Assembly: GCA_040903745.1 (NCBI GenBank) | Contig: JBBDUV010000047.1 | Location: 3,779 to 67,778, forward strand | DNA: 64,000 bases | Reading direction: 5' to 3' | Origin: Bacteroidales bacterium | Lineage (GTDB): Bacteria > Bacteroidota > Bacteroidia > Bacteroidales > GCA-2748055 | Part shown: in pieces, positions 9,531-18,441 of the stretch | Numbering within the stretch: the stretch's first letter is position 1 | Layout: each line of letters begins with the position of its first letter | Position numbers and translations under genes: made by a program | Notes under the pieces: generated by a model | What the model was told of the DNA's origin: nothing | Database searches by the model: none | What the model saw: the letters and a program-made list of their open reading frames with translations, nothing else

Positions 9531-10727
9531 CTAAAACGCAGAGACAAACCCAACGCTTGCCCTGCCGTAATCCTCATTGCCGAAGATGCGGGTATATTCT
9601 GTCACCAGCCTGACGTTGCGTCGTAGCAGGTACCCGGCATGCAGGGTGGCCGACTTATAATCCAGCTCATCGATATCCGATTCCACCCAGTTCCCGAGGG
9701 CGGTGAGGTACCAGTTGCTCCGGTCGCCCATGGGGGCATAAATGATCTCTGCGAATCCCCCGTGTGTAAGTACATCGTTCACCTGGGGATCGGTGAAAAG
9801 CAGCGTCTGCGAATCGGTTCTTCGGAGATACTGTATATTCATAATGAACTTTTCTCCTAGGTTCAGGGCCAGGTCGGGACCGTACATCGTGACAGTATTT
9901 TCCGGCGGACCGATTGCATCCGCCAGTTCCTCCTTTCCCTGGTAGCCAAAGAATCCGATGCTCAGGAAATCGCCAATACCCTGGTTGAGCTTCAACAGAT
10001 AGCTTTTGTGCTTGTCGCGGTCGAAAATGTGACCTTCACCAGCTTGTGGCAGTCCGTTTCCGTTCACAACCTCCGCAATAATATCGGTACCGGTGGGTAG
10101 CCCATATTCAAGCAAAATCCCCCGGTCATATTTCAGTCCGATGGATGAATTTCCCGGGGCCACGGTATAAATTACATAATCCTCGAGTGTGAGACGCAGT
10201 TCCCGTTTGAACAGCGGATCGGATACCTGGAACTGCCCGAGGTATAGGTTGACCCCTGTTCCCAATAGATCTGAGAACATCAAAAAGGCGTCTTCCACTC
10301 CTGCCACTTTTCCTCGCTCATTCATGTAGAAGTAGAAGTAGTAAGAGAGTTTTTCTGAAAGTTCGCCGCCCGACATCAGTTTGAGCGCGTATGGCATACC
10401 AAAATCCGGTGCTCCCCTGTTTTCATTGTTGTAGGTGATGTGTCCGTCGAGACGCACCGCCAGCGGAAAATCACGAATCAACGACAGCTTGTCATCCCCG
10501 GCTGGAGCAAAGTACCTGGGCGCTTCGTACTCTGTCATCCGGAACCCTGCACCGGCAAAATCATCACCGAAAGCTTTTAGTCTTGGACTGGCAGGGGAGT
10601 GGCAGACCTGACAGCTGATCTGGTATTTTCGTGCGAACGCCGGAATGGCATTCAGCTCTTCCACCAGGGGTCCTGCTATGATGGCAAGGATAAGTAGAAG
10701 ACGGAGGGTAACTGTTTTGTTTTTCAT
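9531..10727 (-). CDS. Cyc2-like fused monoheme cytochrome c / outer-membrane beta-barrel porin
   Basis: Signal peptide, then IPAFARKYQISCQVCHSPASPRLKAFGDDFAGAGF (PxFAR..CxxCH..PxL..GxxF..GF signature), amphipathic beta strands, terminal Phe; start placed at MKNKTV. Confidence 0.8.
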   Translation of the reverse strand: MKNKTVTLRLLLILAIIAGPLVEELNAIPAFARKYQISCQVCHSPASPRLKAFGDDFAGAGFRMTEYEAPRYFAPAGDDKLSLIRDFPLAVRLDGHITYNNENRGAPDFGMPYALKLMSGGELSEKLSYYFYFYMNERGKVAGVEDAFLMFSDLLGTGVNLYLGQFQVSDPLFKRELRLTLEDYVIYTVAPGNSSIGLKYDRGILLEYGLPTGTDIIAEVVNGNGLPQAGEGHIFDRDKHKSYLLKLNQGIGDFLSIGFFGYQGKEELADAIGPPENTVTMYGPDLALNLGEKFIMNIQYLRRTDSQTLLFTDPQVNDVLTHGGFAEIIYAPMGDRSNWYLTALGNWVESDIDELDYKSATLHAGYLLRRNVRLVTEYTRIFGNEDYGRASVGFVSAF

Positions 10728-10790
10728 ATCTGTATATTCTTTATTTAAACAATTGATAAATAATATTTTAGAGTAATATTTGGACTGCCG

Positions 10791-10845
10791 GTGAGTTATT
10801 CGTCCGCCTTCGGCGGACTCATGAGCTCCACTTCTTTCCGATTGT
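10791..10845 (-). repeat. 55-bp dispersed structured element, copy 1
   Basis: Reverse complement ACAATCGGAAAGAAGTGGAGCTCATGAGTCCGCCGAAGGCGGACGAATAACTCAC matches 14670-14724 at 47/55 positions. Confidence 0.8.
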
Positions 10846-10928
10846 CGACTCACTAAATACTATTTTTAATGGTATTCGGAGAGCGTTCTTCTTTCAGGGT
10901 CATTTATAATTACTCAGGCCGCTTTATC

Positions 10929-12299
10929 TTACGGTAATATATTCAGACCGGTAAAATGCTCATTGACCACCATGATTTCTGACTCCTCTTCAGGGACATT
11001 CAGGAAATCGGCCACAGGTTTTACCAGCAGCTGGTAATTGAGCACCGCCTTTACTTTCATTTCACCGGGGGCAGTCTCAAAGGGAAGGTTAAACGTGTAG
11101 GTTTCGATTTTGGTCTCCCGTGGACCGATCCGGTAATCCGTTCCTAATGACGCAGTGTTCCACTGCATGATGGTCATCCTGCCTTCCGGGTCAAAATAGG
11201 GCATGCGGAAAATCCGGTTCCCATGTGGGATACCATCACGTTGCACTCCTTCGAAATCTTCAATATCGAGGGGAACGCCCATATCCTGGTATGCCAGGTA
11301 ATCGCCCGCGATGGTGTATTCCTCCCCTTCAAATCCTTTTTTGTCAACCGGAATTATATAGGTGTCCCCTTTCGCGTCGGTGGCCTCCACCTGTAGCCAC
11401 AGGATGCGGTCCTCTACTGATCCGGTAGGAAATTTATGGCCTGTTTTCTGGTTAAACAGTGCGACAGTGAACACTACGGTTTCGCCGGGTTCAGCATCGC
11501 GGAGGTCTGGCTGGATCCTGAGTTCCACGGTTCCTCTTACCTTTCCCGGGTCGTGGGCCCCGTGAAAGAGGTGCAGACGGGCATCGGGATAGGTTTTTCC
11601 CATCATGGCGGTTTGAAATGGAGCAGCGGGCATGTGGCAATCCTGACACCGGACCCCTTCCTCCGCATATGGTCCCTCTTTCCATTCCAATTGGGTGCTT
11701 TTGACCCATACTCCGTATGGACTCTTTTCGTTGTGACAGGTGCCACAGAGTTCGGTGGTTTTGAAAAATTCATTTTTTGCTATGCGGTGGGCCGGGGAGC
11801 CGTTCCCCTCTCCGCGCGCGCTCTGTTTGGTAATACTTGGTCCCGTGATATGGCTGAAGTTATAGGGAGGATCAGTGGAAGATCCCTGTATCAGATGACA
11901 AACTTCGCATGATACCGATTCGTTGGCCATGGTGTTTTCCTCCGGTCGTGCCGGTGGCAGTTCACCAGCCATGAAAGCCAGGGGGGTATGGCACCCGTTA
12001 CAGCCATCCACTGCATCCTTCAGTTCGGGCACCTTTTCTGCATGGGCCACGGCCAGGTCGAAGTACTCGATCTCGTCCCAATGGTGGGTGTAGGCCTGCG
12101 ACATCATGGATTGTGACCACTGCTCATAGAGGGCAGGATGGCAGGTTCGGCATTTTTTTGCCGATTCAAAGTCCTTGTAGGAATATTTTCCTTTTAGATC
12201 CTCCATAATCCCTTCCAGAATCGCGGTGGAAGCCATGAGGAAGATAGCGGTGGCCGGTATCAGTATCCAGATGGTACGGCGTTTGGATTCTTTAAGCAT
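10929..12299 (-). CDS. Pentaheme c-type cytochrome (c554/c552-like N-terminal domain plus beta-rich C-terminal domain)
   Basis: N-terminal signal/anchor; five CxxCH motifs (CRTCH, CNGCH, CEVCH, CGTCH, CQDCH); YEQWSQSMM and TGHKFPTGS motifs. Confidence 0.88.
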   Translation of the reverse strand: MLKESKRRTIWILIPATAIFLMASTAILEGIMEDLKGKYSYKDFESAKKCRTCHPALYEQWSQSMMSQAYTHHWDEIEYFDLAVAHAEKVPELKDAVDGCNGCHTPLAFMAGELPPARPEENTMANESVSCEVCHLIQGSSTDPPYNFSHITGPSITKQSARGEGNGSPAHRIAKNEFFKTTELCGTCHNEKSPYGVWVKSTQLEWKEGPYAEEGVRCQDCHMPAAPFQTAMMGKTYPDARLHLFHGAHDPGKVRGTVELRIQPDLRDAEPGETVVFTVALFNQKTGHKFPTGSVEDRILWLQVEATDAKGDTYIIPVDKKGFEGEEYTIAGDYLAYQDMGVPLDIEDFEGVQRDGIPHGNRIFRMPYFDPEGRMTIMQWNTASLGTDYRIGPRETKIETYTFNLPFETAPGEMKVKAVLNYQLLVKPVADFLNVPEEESEIMVVNEHFTGLNILP

Positions 12300-12544
12300 A
12301 TCCTTATAAATAATTTACATAATGCAATTTCTAAGTTAGGAAACAATTGTTTTCATGCCTTTGCCGGGGGACATTTTTTTCGAAATATAGACTGATTCTA
12401 AAGAGTATACGCGCAAATTCTAATAGATGTTTAGATAATTTGCCCCCATACCTACACTTCGCTTTTAACACTCTCATACATTTTTTGATCACCCGGATAA
12501 AAATATTTGGAGGATATAGTTCAAACTCTTATTTTTACACAGTG

Positions 12545-12564
12545 GTTTGACATTATAGTCAAAC
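12545..12564 (+). promoter_or_regulatory. Putative TetR operator
   Basis: GTTTGAC-ATTATA-GTCAAAC perfect inverted repeat 26 bp upstream of the TetR start. Confidence 0.6.
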
Positions 12565-12590
12565 ATATTCGTAAAGTAATTGTGTTAACT

Positions 12591-13232
12591 ATGGAGCTGA
12601 GCAAATTAACGGAGACAAAAATTGTTAAAGCCGCAGAGCTGCTATTCTACCAGAAAGGAAAAGCCGGAACTTCCATGCAGGATATTGCCGATGAAGCAGG
12701 AATCACCCGTACGCTTCTGAACTACTATTTTCGGAGCAAAGATAAACTGTTCGAAGCGGTTTTCAGAACGGCGATGGAACGTTTTGTTCCAGCGCTGGCC
12801 GAAATGCTCCATTCTAACATGCCCTTTAGTGAATATCTTCCGGGGATGATTGAAACGATGATTGACACATTGATCGAAAATCCACATATCCCGGTATTCG
12901 TTCTCCAGGAATTATCATCCAACCCCGGAAGGATGGCGCAGATCATTAAGGAGATGGGTATCAACAGCGAAGTTGCCATGGAGAAGCTGATCAGCAATGC
13001 TGATTTTGTAAATCTTCCTTTCGATCCCAGGCATGCCATAATGAATGTCATCAGTCTTTGCATTTTCCCCTTTGCCTCACGTCCGGTGGTACAGGAAGTA
13101 ATTTTTGGGGGAGATGAAGAGGCGTACCTGCAGGGCATGAAGGATCGAAAGAAAATCCTGCCAGAAATGATTTTGAAATTTATGAACCCCTCATCATTGA
13201 GTTCAGATTATATCAGCGGTGATAAGACATAA
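12591..13232 (+). CDS. TetR/AcrR family regulator
   Basis: KIVKAAELLFYQKGKAGTSMQDIADEAGITRTLLNYYFRSKDKLF helix-turn-helix; start placed at MELSK. Confidence 0.93.
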   Translation: MELSKLTETKIVKAAELLFYQKGKAGTSMQDIADEAGITRTLLNYYFRSKDKLFEAVFRTAMERFVPALAEMLHSNMPFSEYLPGMIETMIDTLIENPHIPVFVLQELSSNPGRMAQIIKEMGINSEVAMEKLISNADFVNLPFDPRHAIMNVISLCIFPFASRPVVQEVIFGGDEEAYLQGMKDRKKILPEMILKFMNPSSLSSDYISGDKT

Positions 13233-13317
13233 GGACATATATAAATGGTTCGTTAGCAAAATGTTCGGTGATGAGGGTTGCTCATAAAGTATTAATGTAC
13301 ATGAACGCAATGAAATC

Positions 13318-14649
13318 ATGAAAAGAATAGGACAAATATCTCAAATGAGGGGTACAATGTTGTTGTCGCTGCTGGTTATTATGGTTGCAAGGATCAACGC
13401 ACAGGATGTTGCAACGGACCAGCAACCGGAAAATTCAGATCCGACGTTTACCCTCGGACAATGCCTCAATGCAGCTACGCAACATACTCCGGGAATTCGC
13501 AGCATGGAAATTCTGAAGCAGCAACAAATTCTTTTGGAGGAGAATATCAGGATCAGCTGGCTGCCTGCGTTTGACCTCAATGGCAAAGCCAGCTATCAGT
13601 CAGACGTGGTGACCATCGAAATCGATAATGCATCTATCCCAATCACATTTCCTGAAATGCCACACGACCAGTACTCCCTGAATATTGATGTTAGACAGAC
13701 CATCTATGACGGGGGACAGTCAAAACATGCGCGCCTCTATGAACAGCGAAAAACCGAGGCGGCCATACAGCAGATCGAGGTGGAGACCTATCGTATTAAG
13801 GAGCAGGTTGCAGGGCTCTACCTGTCGGTCCTTGCCGCGGAGGAAAACAGGAACAACATGGAACTGATGTTATCAAACCTGAAAGAGCAGGAGAAAGCAC
13901 TGCTATCTGCATTGGCGAACGGTGTTGCATCTGAAAAGGACCTCAGGGTAATCAGGGTTGAGATATTGAAGGTACTCCAGAGCCTGTCAGACACAGATGC
14001 GGCAAGGAACAGTGCGATGAAGATGTTGGCGGTATATACCGGAATCAATTTTAAGGAGGATGCAAGGTTGAAACCCCCTTATTTTGAAATAGAGGAGGAG
14101 TCGGAAAGGCAACGGCCTGAACTAAAAATGTATACACTGCAGAAAGAGACGATCAAATCCGGAAAGGATCTTGCATCAGCAAAGCGAATGCCTAAGATTT
14201 TTGCATATGGACAGGCCGGATACGGCCGTCCAGGGTATAACTTGCTCAACACCGGGTTTGATACCTATTATTTGGTGGGAGCGGGTCTGAAATGGAACAT
14301 TTGGGACTGGAACAGTACAGACAGGGAAAAGCAAATTCTCGATCTGAACAGCCAAATGATCGGCACATCCAGGGAAGCTTTCAACATGCAAATGGATGCG
14401 GCCACGGTGAAAGAAATTGAAACGATGAAGCAGCTTAAAAGCAATCTCGAACTGGACATGAAAATCCTTGAAATGCAAATGGAGATTACCAATGATGCAG
14501 CATCTCAACTGGAGAATGGTATAATAACTGCTACCGAATACATGCTTGAACTCAACAAGGAATCAGCAGCACGAATCCGCGAATCGATGCACAGGATTCT
14601 GCTGCTCCAATCGATGGCGAAATACAAATTCTACCAGGGAACGCTTTGA
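13318..14649 (+). CDS. TolC-family outer membrane efflux protein
   Basis: Signal peptide, LPAFDLNGKASYQS, QTIYDGG, LKWNIWDW; operon context. Confidence 0.88.
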   Translation: MKRIGQISQMRGTMLLSLLVIMVARINAQDVATDQQPENSDPTFTLGQCLNAATQHTPGIRSMEILKQQQILLEENIRISWLPAFDLNGKASYQSDVVTIEIDNASIPITFPEMPHDQYSLNIDVRQTIYDGGQSKHARLYEQRKTEAAIQQIEVETYRIKEQVAGLYLSVLAAEENRNNMELMLSNLKEQEKALLSALANGVASEKDLRVIRVEILKVLQSLSDTDAARNSAMKMLAVYTGINFKEDARLKPPYFEIEEESERQRPELKMYTLQKETIKSGKDLASAKRMPKIFAYGQAGYGRPGYNLLNTGFDTYYLVGAGLKWNIWDWNSTDREKQILDLNSQMIGTSREAFNMQMDAATVKEIETMKQLKSNLELDMKILEMQMEITNDAASQLENGIITATEYMLELNKESAARIRESMHRILLLQSMAKYKFYQGTL

Positions 14650-14669
14650 AATTATTATGAAATAATGAA

Positions 14670-14724
14670 ACAACCGGAACGAAGTGGAGTTCATGAGGCA
14701 GACGAATGAGGACGAATAACTCAC
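14670..14724 (+). repeat. 55-bp dispersed structured element, copy 2
   Basis: ACAACCGGAACGAAGTGGAGTTCATGAGGCAGACGAATGAGGACGAATAACTCAC, 47/55 identical to the reverse complement of 10791-10845. Confidence 0.8.
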
Positions 14725-14786
14725 TTGTAGTTAAAACGACAATTATAGTATTATACATCAAGTATTTAAATAAATAATTTACAGTT

Positions 14787-15665
14787 ATGAACCGAACAAC
14801 CATCTCTTGTATCATCGGTATTTTACTGTCTGGTTGCGGCAACAACGAGCAGGCAGCTGATGCTTACGGAAATTTTGAGGCTGTAGATGTGCTTGTATCC
14901 GCCGAAGGCCAGGGCAAGCTTCTCTCTTTCGATATTGAAGAAGGCGAAAGGCTCTCCGTTGGAAAAACAGTTGCTGTGATTGATACCATCCAACTGCACC
15001 TTCAAAAGGAACAGATCAGGGCCTCACTGAACGTTGTACGAAGCAACTATGTGACCGTCGAGGCCCAATCGGCTTCATACAGGGTGCAGCTCGATAACCT
15101 GGACCGTGAATTGAAGCGGATAGAGAACCTGCTTACAGATGGTGCTGCGACAGGCAAGCAGCGCGACGATATCCTTGGCAATATGGCCCTGGTCAAATCC
15201 CAGCGTTCAGCATTGCAGGCGCAGAAGGCCACCATATCGGCGGAAGAGCATACCCTGCTTGTGCAGGTAAGACAGATCGAAAACCAGATACAAAAGTCAA
15301 TGACTATCAATCCGATCGACGGATTGGTGCTCGAAAAATACAGACAGTCCGGGGAGATCGTTGCCCCGGGACAGGCTCTCTATAAAATTGCCGATACTGA
15401 TCAGCTTATCCTCAGGGCCTATATCAGCGGGGACCAGCTCAGCGGTGTAAAAGTGGGTGACCAGGTGATTGTGAGGTATGACGGGCCCAGCGGGATAGCA
15501 GAAACCAAAGGTACCGTTTCATGGATCGCATCCCAGGCCGAGTTCACCCCGAAAATTATTCAGACCAGGGAAGAGCGGGTCAACCTGGTTTACGCGATGA
15601 AGGTGATTGTCGTAAACGACGGCAGCCTCAAGATAGGCATGCCCGGTGAGGTGAAATTCAGATAG
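14787..15665 (+). CDS. HlyD/YbhG-like membrane fusion lipoprotein
   Basis: Lipobox LSGC, ADAYGNFEA, AEFTPKIIQTREERVNLVYA, LKIGMPGEV. Confidence 0.9.
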   Translation: MNRTTISCIIGILLSGCGNNEQAADAYGNFEAVDVLVSAEGQGKLLSFDIEEGERLSVGKTVAVIDTIQLHLQKEQIRASLNVVRSNYVTVEAQSASYRVQLDNLDRELKRIENLLTDGAATGKQRDDILGNMALVKSQRSALQAQKATISAEEHTLLVQVRQIENQIQKSMTINPIDGLVLEKYRQSGEIVAPGQALYKIADTDQLILRAYISGDQLSGVKVGDQVIVRYDGPSGIAETKGTVSWIASQAEFTPKIIQTREERVNLVYAMKVIVVNDGSLKIGMPGEVKFR

Positions 15666-15666
15666 C

Positions 15667-16581
15667 ATGTCATTCACTGTGGACAATATCAGCAAATCGT
15701 TCGGTGATGTCCGTGCGCTCGATCAAGTCTCATTTAAGACAGGCGATGGGGAGCTGTTCGGACTGATTGGTCCGGATGGCGCAGGAAAGACCACCCTCTT
15801 TCGCATCCTCGTAACCCTTTTATTGCCGGATTCCGGACAGGGTCTTGTCAAAGGAATGGATGTAGCTGGATCGCCCCGGCAAATCCGCAGGATCATGGGG
15901 TATATGCCCGGACGCTTTTCGCTTTACCCTGACCTTTCAGTAAAGGAAAATCTGGAGTTTTACGCTACGGTTTTTGGAACGACCGTTTCAGAACAGTACG
16001 AATTTGTGAAACCCATCTACTCCCATATTGAACCTTTTGAAGACAGGCTGGCTGGTAGACTGTCGGGCGGAATGAAACAGAAGCTCGCCCTCTCCTGTGC
16101 ACTGATCCACCGTCCGGAGGTCCTGGTGCTCGACGAACCCACTACAGGAGTTGACGCACTGTCCCGCAGCGAGTTCTGGGAGATGCTCAGGGGGATCAAA
16201 GCGCAGGGAATCACCATACTAGTTTCCACACCCTATATGGATGAAGCAACACTGTGCGACAGGGTGGCGCTGATACAGAAAGGCAGGATACTCTCCGTAA
16301 CAGAACCTGCAGACCTGCAGCTTCCAGATGGAATGAAAGCATTCTCCTTCCGCGCTTCAGGAAAAATACACGCTTATCTGCATCGCTTGCGCGAACTGGA
16401 CAGCTGTCATTCGGCCTACCTGTTCGGCAACGAAATACATCTGGTGGTAACGGGGGATAGCGATGCCCAAGGGCTGCAGAGGATACTGAGCACATGGAAC
16501 ATTCCGGGCATGATCCTGAAAGAGATCAAGCCAGGGGTAGAGGATATTTTTATGGAACTCATGAAATCCAAAGAAGCATGA
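15667..16581 (+). CDS. ABC transporter ATP-binding protein (YbhF N-half-like)
   Basis: GPDGAGKTT, LSGGMKQKL, LDEPTTGVD, STPYMDEA. Confidence 0.92.
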   Translation: MSFTVDNISKSFGDVRALDQVSFKTGDGELFGLIGPDGAGKTTLFRILVTLLLPDSGQGLVKGMDVAGSPRQIRRIMGYMPGRFSLYPDLSVKENLEFYATVFGTTVSEQYEFVKPIYSHIEPFEDRLAGRLSGGMKQKLALSCALIHRPEVLVLDEPTTGVDALSRSEFWEMLRGIKAQGITILVSTPYMDEATLCDRVALIQKGRILSVTEPADLQLPDGMKAFSFRASGKIHAYLHRLRELDSCHSAYLFGNEIHLVVTGDSDAQGLQRILSTWNIPGMILKEIKPGVEDIFMELMKSKEA

Positions 16582-17336
16582 TGAAGGATAATCATATCAT
16601 TGAGGTACATGACCTGGTGAAGAAATTCGGTGCCTTTGTGGCCAATGACCACCTGACCTTTCATGTGGAGGAGGGGGAAATATTTGGATTCCTGGGGGCA
16701 AATGGCGCCGGAAAAACAACCGCGATGCGTATCCTCTGCGGACTCTCCTTTCCAACATCGGGGGAGATCAATGTTGCCGGATACGATGTATACAGTGAGC
16801 GTGAAAAAATCAAAAAGAACATCGGGTATATGTCACAAAAATTCTCCCTCTACGATGACCTCACCGTGTCGGAGAATATACGACTCTATGCAGGGATCTA
16901 CGGTGTGAAAAAGCGACAGGTGGCCGAGAGGGAGGCGCAGTTGCTTGGCAGACTCGGGATTACCGATATCCACAACAGGTTGATCAGTGAAATCCCTACC
17001 GGATGGAAACAAAAACTGGCCTTTTCGGTGGCCATTTTCCACTATCCGAAGATTGTCTTCCTGGACGAACCCACCGGTGGGGTAGATCCTGTAACCAGGC
17101 GGCAGTTTTGGGAAATGATTCATGAAGCGACCAACGAAGGCATTACCGTCTTTGTTACCACGCACTATATGGACGAAGCAGAGTACTGCGACAGGGTGTC
17201 GGTCATGGTTGATGGCCGAATTGATGCGCTGGATACCCCTGAAAATCTCCGGCAGCAATACCAGGCGAAAAATATGAACGAGGTCTTTCTGAAACTTGCC
17301 AGAGGAGCCGTTAACGGGAAGGAGGCTGGAGCATGA
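16578..17336 (+). CDS. ABC transporter ATP-binding protein (YbhF C-half-like)
   Basis: GANGAGKTT, LDEPTGGVD, TTHYMDEAE; ATGA overlap with the previous gene. Confidence 0.92.
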   Translation: MMKDNHIIEVHDLVKKFGAFVANDHLTFHVEEGEIFGFLGANGAGKTTAMRILCGLSFPTSGEINVAGYDVYSEREKIKKNIGYMSQKFSLYDDLTVSENIRLYAGIYGVKKRQVAEREAQLLGRLGITDIHNRLISEIPTGWKQKLAFSVAIFHYPKIVFLDEPTGGVDPVTRRQFWEMIHEATNEGITVFVTTHYMDEAEYCDRVSVMVDGRIDALDTPENLRQQYQAKNMNEVFLKLARGAVNGKEAGA

Positions 17337-18439
17337 AACGCTTTCTGGGATTCGTAAAGAAGGAGTTCAGGCATATCTTTCGGGATGTGCGCACGCTTGT
17401 GATCCTTTTTGGATTGCCAGTGATGATGATTATCCTTTTTGGATACGTAGTAAGCAATGACCTGAAAGATATCCGGATCGCCATCCTGGATCTGTCAGGC
17501 GACCGGATGACCCACGACATCACCAACAAGGTTCTTGCTTCGGGATATTTTGTCCAGGCAGGAAATCTTACCAGCGAAAAGGAGATAGAAAGAGCGTTTC
17601 AGTCGGGCCGTGCCAAGGTCGTGCTTATTTTCGGACCAGATTTTGAATCCCGTGTTGTGAATGATAAGAGGGCCGCACTCCGCCTGGTTGTAGATGCTGC
17701 AGATGCCAATTCGGCGCAGCTTGCAGTGAATTATGCCCAGGGTATCATCGCTTCCTATTTCACTGATCTTCAGAATAATGTTTCCGTTCCCTGGCGCGTG
17801 GAAACAAGATCCAGGATGATGTACAATGAGTCGATGAAGGGAGTGTATATGTTTGTGCCCGGACTCATGGCGCTGATCCTGATGCTGATTTCTGCACTGA
17901 TGACCTCCATCACGATTACACGTGAAAAGGAGTTCGGCACTATGGAACCACTGCTGGCGTCACCACTGAGGCCCCGGGAAATTATTCTCGGAAAGGTCAC
18001 TCCCTATGTCCTACTCTCTTTCGTGAACGCTCTTACCATTCTGATCCTGGGTGTGCTGGTATTCAAGGTTCCGGTGACAGGGAGCATACCCCTGCTGCTC
18101 GCCGAGAGTCTGCTCTATATCACCCTGGCACTCTCCCTGGGTGTGTTTATCTCCTCTGTGGCAAAAACCCAGCAGATCGCCATGGTGTTTTCGATGGTGG
18201 GTCTGATGCTTCCCACCATCCTGTTATCGGGATTCATCTTCCCGATCGAGAATATGCCTGCAGTTCTGCAGTGGTTCTCCAGCATCATGCCCGCCCGGTG
18301 GTTTATAGTGATCATCAAGAATATTATGCTGAAGGGTACCGGTCTTTTGTTCGTCTGGAAAGAGACATTGATCCTTCTTCTAATGACAGTTTTCTTTATT
18401 TTGGCCGCCGTAAGGAGGTTTAAAACACGGTTGGAATAG
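17333..18439 (+). CDS. ABC-2 type permease (YbhS-like)
   Basis: KEFRHIFRD, VPGL, REKEFGTME, LLSGFIFPIENMP. Confidence 0.9.
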   Translation: MKRFLGFVKKEFRHIFRDVRTLVILFGLPVMMIILFGYVVSNDLKDIRIAILDLSGDRMTHDITNKVLASGYFVQAGNLTSEKEIERAFQSGRAKVVLIFGPDFESRVVNDKRAALRLVVDAADANSAQLAVNYAQGIIASYFTDLQNNVSVPWRVETRSRMMYNESMKGVYMFVPGLMALILMLISALMTSITITREKEFGTMEPLLASPLRPREIILGKVTPYVLLSFVNALTILILGVLVFKVPVTGSIPLLLAESLLYITLALSLGVFISSVAKTQQIAMVFSMVGLMLPTILLSGFIFPIENMPAVLQWFSSIMPARWFIVIIKNIMLKGTGLLFVWKETLILLLMTVFFILAAVRRFKTRLE

Positions 18440-18441
18440 TT

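Noticed and set aside
10728-10853. 42-aa N-terminal extension of the cyc2-like ORF in the ORF track
   Set aside because: It is translated repeat element; the signal peptide begins at MKNKTV (10727)
11805-11815. CCCCTCTCCGC matching the tRNA-Ser 3' end (possible attR)
   Set aside because: Only 11 bp, inside an intact coding sequence, and no integrase in the window
10929-12299. Selenoprotein with UGA readthrough
   Set aside because: The ORF is uninterrupted and the candidate position is TCA (Ser)
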